Assembly: GCA_959026535.1 (NCBI GenBank)
Contig: CAUFMB010000005.1
Span: 348 to 64,347, forward strand
Direction of reading: 5' to 3'
Length of the DNA: 64,000 bases
Source: an uncultured Collinsella sp.
Lineage (GTDB): Bacteria; Actinomycetota; Coriobacteriia; Coriobacteriales; Coriobacteriaceae
The translations under genes were made by a program, and so were the position numbers. This document shows, one piece after another, positions 58,700-64,000 of this stretch. The notes under the pieces are model-generated. The model did not search any database. It saw only the letters and a program-made list of their open reading frames with translations, and was not told where the DNA came from. Position 1 is the first letter of the stretch. Every line of letters starts with the position of its first letter.

Positions 58700-59149
58700 G
58701 TGGAAGATACCGATTTCCGTGAACTTGGGCGTCAGCTCCTTACCGAGTTCGGCAGCATGCATCAGCGCATTTCGCGTTTTGCGGACAAAGCCCTCGGCGG
58801 CGAGATGGCCGTCATGCGCGCCCTCATACTCGCCGGCGGTTCGCTCACGCCGAGCGAACTCGCTGATCGCGCCTGGGTCTCGAGCGCCCGCATCGCCAAT
58901 ATTCTGCGCGCCCTCGAGGCCAAGGGCTGGGTCGAGCGCGAGCACTCAAAGACTGACCGTCGTCGCGTACACGTCATAGTGACCGACAAGGGATTCCAGG
59001 ATCTCGAAATCAAACGTCGGGAATTCGAGGACCGCACCACGGCTTTCCTCGAGCAGCTCGGCGAAACAGATACCCAAGAGATGGTGCGTCTTCTAAGGCG
59101 TGCCAACGAAATTATCGACCGCAATCAAGAAAGGAGAGATGCCGAGTGA
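58700..59149 (+). CDS. MarR family transcriptional regulator
   Basis: Winged HTH LTPSELADRAWVSSARIANILRALEAKGWVEREHSKTDRRRVHVIVTDKG. GTG start. Confidence 0.85.
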   Translation: MEDTDFRELGRQLLTEFGSMHQRISRFADKALGGEMAVMRALILAGGSLTPSELADRAWVSSARIANILRALEAKGWVEREHSKTDRRRVHVIVTDKGFQDLEIKRREFEDRTTAFLEQLGETDTQEMVRLLRRANEIIDRNQERRDAE

Positions 59150-61515
59150 GGATTCTCAAGCTCTTTAAAAAACATGTCCTGGCACTGTTCGCAGCTATCG
59201 TGCTTATCGTAATCAGCTGCAACGCCGATCTGGCGCTGCCTACCTATATGAGCGACATCGTCGACGTGGGCGTGCAGCAAGGCGGCATCGCCTCGCCCGT
59301 ACCCGACACCATCCGCGCCGAATCGCTCGACGACCTTGAACTCTTTATGAGCACCAAGGACGCCAAAGCTGTGGAGGCCGTGTTTAGCAAGGCTGACAAA
59401 AATGGCATTCGAACGTATAAGGGTACCGAGGAAGAGCGTGCCGATGGAGGCAAGATTGCCGACATTATGAGCCTGCCCGAGACTGTCGTTCTTTCGCTCA
59501 ACCAGGGCATTGACGCCAACTCTATGGGCGACATGATGGGTTCGTCCACCGAGGCAAGCGATGGCGGCGCCGCTCAGGCCATGCCCACCCCCGAGCAGAT
59601 GGCGGCGATGACGCCCGAGCAGCTCGCCGAGATGCAGCAGAAGGCCGCAGCCGCGCAGAGCATGCAAAAGCAGATCGACGCCGACGGCGGCAAGATCACC
59701 ATGAAGAGCCTGCGCCTAGGCGTTGAAGGCGGTCTTATCGATCAGGGCAAGCTCGTCGAGGGCGCCAACCAAATGGCGGACAAAATGGGCTCCATGTCGG
59801 GCTCCATCGTCACCCAGCGCGCCGTGAGCTATGTACAGGACGAGTACAAGGCACAGGGCATCGACCCCGCCGACGTGCAGAACGCCTACCTGAGCCACAT
59901 GGCGACCACGATGTTTGGGCTGTGCCTGGTGTCGCTCGTCGCCACCATTCTGACCGGTGCCGTGGCGTCGCGCACCGCCTGCTCCATCGCCCGCGACCTG
60001 CGCCGCGAGACCTTCAACAAGGTTATGCACTTCTCGCCGGCCGAGGTGGGCAAGTTTAGCCAGGCCTCGCTCATCACCCGCTGCACCAACGACATTCAGC
60101 AGATCCAGATGGCCGCAACCCTGTTTATCCGCATGTGCCTGATGGCCCCCGTCATGGGCATCGTCGCCGTCATGCGCGTCCTGGCCAACCACACCGGCCT
60201 GGAGTGGACCATCGCCGTGGCCATCATCGCGGTCTCGGCCGTCGTCGGCGTGCTCATGGGCCTCACCATGCCAAAGTTCAAAAAGATGCAGAGCTTTGTG
60301 GACCGCGTGAACCTTACCGCCCGCGAGCTGCTCGACGGCCTTATGCCCATCCGCTCGTTCAACCGCGAGGAACATGAGCTCGAGCGTTTTGACAAGGCTT
60401 CGCTCGACCTGATGACCACGCAGCTCTACACCAACCGCGCCATGAGCTTTATGATGCCGCTCATGATGCTCGTCATGAACTGCATCACCGTGCTTATCGT
60501 CTGGTTTGGCGCGCAGGGCGTGTCCGACGGCGTGATGCAGGTCGGCAACATGATGGCGTTTATCTCCTACACCATGCAGATCGTCATGGCGTTTATGATC
60601 CTCACCATGGTTTCGGTCATCCTGCCGCGCGCCGAGGTCGCAGCCGAGCGCGTGGAAGAGGTCATCACCTGCCCCACGAGCATCAACGACCCTGTCTCGC
60701 CCAAACTGCCCGTGGCCAGCGCGCCGCGCGGCGAGCTCACCTTCCGCGACGTGAGCTTCCAGTATCCCGATGCCCGCGCCGACGTCATCAGCGGCGTGAA
60801 CTTCACCACGCATGCCGGTCAGATGCTCGGCATTATTGGCTCCACGGGCTCGGGTAAGTCCACGCTCGTGCAGTTGATTCCGCGCCTGTACGACGTCACG
60901 GGCGGCAGCATTTCGCTCGACGGCATCGACGTGCGCGACATGACCCTTTCCGAGCTGCGCCGCCGCATTGGCTATATCCCGCAGCAGGGTCGCCTGTTCT
61001 CGGGCACCGTCGAGAGCAACCTTAAGTTTGCCGGCGACATGGTGAGCGACGAGGACATGTACCGGGCGGCACGCATCGCCCAGGCCGAGGACTTTATCGC
61101 CGAGCGCGAGGGCGGCTACGACTCCCCCATCAGCCAGGGCGGCTCCAATGTTTCGGGCGGTCAGCGCCAGCGTCTGGCCATCGCCCGCGCCTTGGCCAAG
61201 AAGCCCGAGGTCGTGGTGTTCGATGACTCATTTAGCGCCCTCGACTACAAGACCGACGCGCGCCTGCGCGAGGAGCTGGCTAAAAACGTTACCGACGCCG
61301 CACTCGTGGTCGTGGCACAACGCATCGCGACCATCATGCACGCCGACCAGATCATCGTGCTCGACGACGGTCACGTAGTGGGCACCGGCACGCACAAGGA
61401 GCTACTGCGCAGCTGCCCGGCGTACCTGGAAATCGCACAGTCGCAGCTTTCCGCCGAGGAGCTGGGGCTTACCCAAGAAGAAATTGCAGCCGTTATGGAA
61501 GGAGGCGAGCGCTAA
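59146..61515 (+). CDS. ABC exporter fused permease/ATPase, subunit 1, with an insertion of about 215 aa between TM1 and TM2
   Basis: GSTGSGKST, VSGGQRQRLAIARAL, VVFDDSFSALD. The segment between TM1 (residues ~10-25) and TM2 (~245-265) is long and Ala/Gln/Met-rich. Confidence 0.9.
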   Translation: MRILKLFKKHVLALFAAIVLIVISCNADLALPTYMSDIVDVGVQQGGIASPVPDTIRAESLDDLELFMSTKDAKAVEAVFSKADKNGIRTYKGTEEERADGGKIADIMSLPETVVLSLNQGIDANSMGDMMGSSTEASDGGAAQAMPTPEQMAAMTPEQLAEMQQKAAAAQSMQKQIDADGGKITMKSLRLGVEGGLIDQGKLVEGANQMADKMGSMSGSIVTQRAVSYVQDEYKAQGIDPADVQNAYLSHMATTMFGLCLVSLVATILTGAVASRTACSIARDLRRETFNKVMHFSPAEVGKFSQASLITRCTNDIQQIQMAATLFIRMCLMAPVMGIVAVMRVLANHTGLEWTIAVAIIAVSAVVGVLMGLTMPKFKKMQSFVDRVNLTARELLDGLMPIRSFNREEHELERFDKASLDLMTTQLYTNRAMSFMMPLMMLVMNCITVLIVWFGAQGVSDGVMQVGNMMAFISYTMQIVMAFMILTMVSVILPRAEVAAERVEEVITCPTSINDPVSPKLPVASAPRGELTFRDVSFQYPDARADVISGVNFTTHAGQMLGIIGSTGSGKSTLVQLIPRLYDVTGGSISLDGIDVRDMTLSELRRRIGYIPQQGRLFSGTVESNLKFAGDMVSDEDMYRAARIAQAEDFIAEREGGYDSPISQGGSNVSGGQRQRLAIARALAKKPEVVVFDDSFSALDYKTDARLREELAKNVTDAALVVVAQRIATIMHADQIIVLDDGHVVGTGTHKELLRSCPAYLEIAQSQLSAEELGLTQEEIAAVMEGGER

Positions 61516-63371
61516 TGGCAGACGAGACCAAGACCCAAATTCCCAAGCCCACCCGCCAGCGTGGTCCCATGGGCCGCATGGGCGGCATGCGTCGCGGCGA
61601 AAAGGCCAAGGACTTTAAGGGCGCCATGCGGCAGTTGCTCGGCTATATCGGTCAACACAAGGTTGCCGTGCTTGCCGCCGTCGCCTTTGCCGTGTGCTCG
61701 GTCGTCTTTAACATTGTGGGACCCAAGGTGCTCGGCCAGGTTACGACCAAGCTGTTCGAAGGCCTGGTCGCTAAGGTCAACGGTACCGGCGATGTCGACT
61801 TTGCCTGGATCGCCAAGACGCTCGGCTTTTTGCTCTGCCTGTATCTGGCAAGCTCTGTCTGCAGCCTCATCCAGGGCTGGCTCATGACCGGTGTCACGCA
61901 AAAGATCTGCTACCGCATGCGCAAGGAGATTGCCGCCAAGATTGCCGTCGTGCCGATGAGCTACTTTAACGGTCACAGCAAGGGCGACGTGCTCAGCCGC
62001 ATCACCAACGACGTCGATACGCTGGGTCAGTCGCTCAACCAGAGCGTGACGCAGCTCATCACGTCGGTGACGCAGATTATCGGCGTGCTCGTCATGATGC
62101 TGTCGATCAGCCTGCCGCTCACCGGCGTCACCGTGCTCACGCTGCCGGCAGCCGCAATTATCTTGATGGTGATGATTCACTTCTCGCAGCCGTACTTCCG
62201 CGAGCAGCAGCAGGTCCTGGGCGCCGTCAACGGCATTATCGAGGAGGACTTTGCCGGTCAAAACGTCATTCAGGTGTTCGACCGCGCCGAGGCCTCAATC
62301 GATGAGTTCGACCGTCAAAACGACCGCCTGTTTATTAGTGGCTGGCGTTCGCAGTTCCTGTCGGGCCTGATGATGCCGCTTATGAGCCTGGTGGGCAACA
62401 TGGGTTACGTGGGCGTTGTCGTGGTGGGCGCGCAGCTCGCGCTGACCGGCAATGCCACGCCCGGCGACATCCAGAGCTTTATCCAGTACGTGCGCAACTT
62501 TACGCAACCCGTGCAGCAGCTGGGCAACGTGAGCAACACGATGCAGTCGATGGCAGCTGCCACCGAGCGTGTGTTTGAGTTTTTAGCCGCACCCGAGGAG
62601 GAGCAGAAGGCCGACGCGCAGATCCCTGAGAAGCGCCCCGGCCACGTGGAGTTTGACCATGTGAAGTTTGGCTATACGCCCGACAAGACCATCATCCACG
62701 ACTTTAGCTGCGAGGCGCAGCCCGGCCAGACCATCGCCATCGTCGGCCCCACCGGCGCCGGCAAGACCACGCTCATTAAGCTGCTGCAGCGCTTTTACGA
62801 CGTGGACGGCGGTTCGCTGCGCGTCGAGGGCGTCGACGTGCGCGACTGGGACCGTGCGGCACTGCGCGGCGAGTTTGCCATGGTACTGCAGGATACCTGG
62901 CTGTTTAACGGCACCATCCGCGAGAACATCCGCTACGGACGCCCCGATGCGAGCGATGCCGAGGTCGAGGCCGCTGCGCGTGCCGCGCGTTGCGACCACT
63001 TTATCCATACGCTCGCCGGCGGCTACGATTTCATGATCAACGAGGAGGGCACTAACCTATCGCAGGGTCAGCGCCAGCTCGTGACCATCGCCCGCGCCAT
63101 TTTGGCCGACCGCCCGGCGCTGATTCTGGACGAGGCGACCTCCAACGTCGATACCCGTACCGAGGAGCTTATTCAGCGTGCCATGGATGCGCTGATGCAG
63201 GGCCGTACCAGCTTTGTTATCGCGCACCGCCTGTCCACGATCCGCAACGCCGACGTGATCTTGGTAATTCGCGACGGCGACATCGTCGAGAAGGGCACGC
63301 ACGACGAGTTGCTCGCCCAGGGCGGCTTCTACGCCGACCTGTACAACTCGCAGTTCGACGAGGCGGCGTAA
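61515..63371 (+). CDS. ABC exporter fused permease/ATPase, subunit 2
   Basis: GPTGAGKTT, LSQGQRQLVTIARAI, LILDEATSNVD. TAATG overlap with subunit 1. Confidence 0.9.
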   Translation: MADETKTQIPKPTRQRGPMGRMGGMRRGEKAKDFKGAMRQLLGYIGQHKVAVLAAVAFAVCSVVFNIVGPKVLGQVTTKLFEGLVAKVNGTGDVDFAWIAKTLGFLLCLYLASSVCSLIQGWLMTGVTQKICYRMRKEIAAKIAVVPMSYFNGHSKGDVLSRITNDVDTLGQSLNQSVTQLITSVTQIIGVLVMMLSISLPLTGVTVLTLPAAAIILMVMIHFSQPYFREQQQVLGAVNGIIEEDFAGQNVIQVFDRAEASIDEFDRQNDRLFISGWRSQFLSGLMMPLMSLVGNMGYVGVVVVGAQLALTGNATPGDIQSFIQYVRNFTQPVQQLGNVSNTMQSMAAATERVFEFLAAPEEEQKADAQIPEKRPGHVEFDHVKFGYTPDKTIIHDFSCEAQPGQTIAIVGPTGAGKTTLIKLLQRFYDVDGGSLRVEGVDVRDWDRAALRGEFAMVLQDTWLFNGTIRENIRYGRPDASDAEVEAAARAARCDHFIHTLAGGYDFMINEEGTNLSQGQRQLVTIARAILADRPALILDEATSNVDTRTEELIQRAMDALMQGRTSFVIAHRLSTIRNADVILVIRDGDIVEKGTHDELLAQGGFYADLYNSQFDEAA

Positions 63372-63402
63372 ATTCTGCCGCAGGGAACGAATAACGCCCG
63401 AG

Positions 63403-63440
63403 AACGGGGGCGCAGGACAACCTGCGCCCCCGTTTTTGTT
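63403..63440 (+). terminator. Rho-independent terminator of the ABC exporter operon
   Basis: AACGGGGGCGCAGG-acaa-CCTGCGCCCCCGTT followed by TTTGTT. Confidence 0.8.
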
Positions 63441-63491
63441 CTGCGGCCCTTGAGCCGCCTCCCCTGGGACCTGATTGACAGCCCCTTCCAA

Positions 63492-63730
63492 ACCCTGTGG
63501 GCAAAAAATAGCAAATATGAGTACTGTCACCTTTTTAGTAACAGCCAAAACCGCCTCAAACGACCTCTTTGCGGCCTCTATACGCCTTCAAATTAATAAA
63601 ACGCCCGTTAGCAGGCTTCCGTCTGCCAACGTTAATGAACATATTAATCACTTTGTCTATTATCTCGCTAGACGGATATGTTACTAGGTTAGCAACAGTA
63701 CTCATATTTGGCATTTTTTGCCCACTGGGT
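63492..63730. mobile_element. MITE-like element: about 36-bp terminal inverted repeats around an A/T-rich ~165-bp non-coding core
   Basis: Left ACCCTGTGGGCAAAAAATAGCAAATATGAGTACTGT. Right (reverse-complemented) ACCCAGTGGGCAAAAAATGCCAAATATGAGTACTGT. No ORF inside. Confidence 0.55.
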
Positions 63731-63808
63731 ACTCCCCGGGGAATCGGCGGCAGGCTTAGGGTCCCTCACGGCGTCATCCCATCCTGGTGAGCGCCAACGT
63801 TTACCCAT

Positions 63809-63848
63809 ATAAAACCTGCCAAAATAAACCTGTCCCTTTTTGGTAGGT
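63809..63848 (+). repeat. Copy 4 of the 40-nt upstream element (ATAAAACCTGCCAAAATAAACCTGTCCCTTTTTGGTAGGT)
   Basis: About 100 nt upstream of the ATG at 63949 and about 18 nt upstream of a TTGCAC -35 box. Confidence 0.85.
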
Positions 63849-63865
63849 TTCGGGGTGACAAGGGC

Positions 63866-63894
63866 TTGCACTTTAGCGTGCGACAGCGGATAAT
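63866..63894 (+). promoter_or_regulatory. Sigma-70-like promoter TTGCAC-17 nt-GATAAT
   Basis: Hexamers and spacing read directly. About 55 nt upstream of the last gene's start. Confidence 0.4.
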
Positions 63895-63948
63895 GCCGAG
63901 CATTCGACAATACGCTTATTGCTCTTTCTATAGATTGAGGAGACCCCT

Positions 63949-64000
63949 ATGGCCATGGAATTCAAACGCAGGCTGCCGATCCCCATGGAGATCCGCGAGG
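63949..64000 (+). CDS. 5' end of a gene running off the right edge (MAMEFKRRLPIPMEIRE...)
   Basis: ATG preceded by a GAGGAG RBS at 6-nt spacing. Only 17 codons are visible, so no product is assigned. Confidence 0.5.
   Translation, partial: MAMEFKRRLPIPMEIRE

Overview
This is a 64-kb high-GC segment (roughly 60-65% by eye) with Gram-positive-style AGGAGG ribosome-binding sites. Gene content and style fit a gut Coriobacteriia (Collinsella-like) actinobacterium, but that assignment is inference only. I can support about 47 protein genes or pseudogenes. I found no rRNA, tRNA, CRISPR array, integrase or prophage.

Most of the window is core metabolism and transport:
- a giant BcrAD/HgdC-type activase-dehydratase fusion with a TetR regulator and a 3-hydroxyacyl-CoA dehydrogenase
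- tetR-MFS, amt-glnK and dxs
- an amino-acid ABC system plus a C26 amidase
- an Hpt protein next to a GGDEF-REC-HD-GYP protein
- map, an M18 aminopeptidase and pfkA
- a MacB/FtsX-type ABC system, ogt, and ask-asd / thrC-thrB
- engB, mtnN, pflA and DegV
- a sucrose regulon (scrR, GH32, PTS-IIBC, scrB)
- pflB and a MarR regulator with a heterodimeric ABC exporter

The observations most worth a second look are:
1. Pyruvate formate-lyase is split. A 683-aa body lacks the glycyl-radical domain, and a separate 83-aa RVSGYAV-bearing ORF follows it. The two are separated by a low-GC double-hairpin cassette.
2. The intergenic DNA is packed with at least six families of structured repeats. One is a 40-48-nt element found four times, always in the sense orientation upstream of a gene. 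Another is a family of 110-130-nt hairpins with variable paired stems and a conserved asymmetric internal loop.
3. An unannotated 41-aa toxin-like peptide cassette is bracketed by twin palindromes.
4. A low-GC islet carries a truncated Abi_2 gene fused to the 3' stump of a ClC channel gene.

CDS coordinates come from the ORF track, with starts moved in multiples of 3. Coordinates of non-coding elements were counted by hand and should be taken as +/-2 nt. In two places (near 13200 and 51284) my hand count and the ORF track disagreed by 1 nt.
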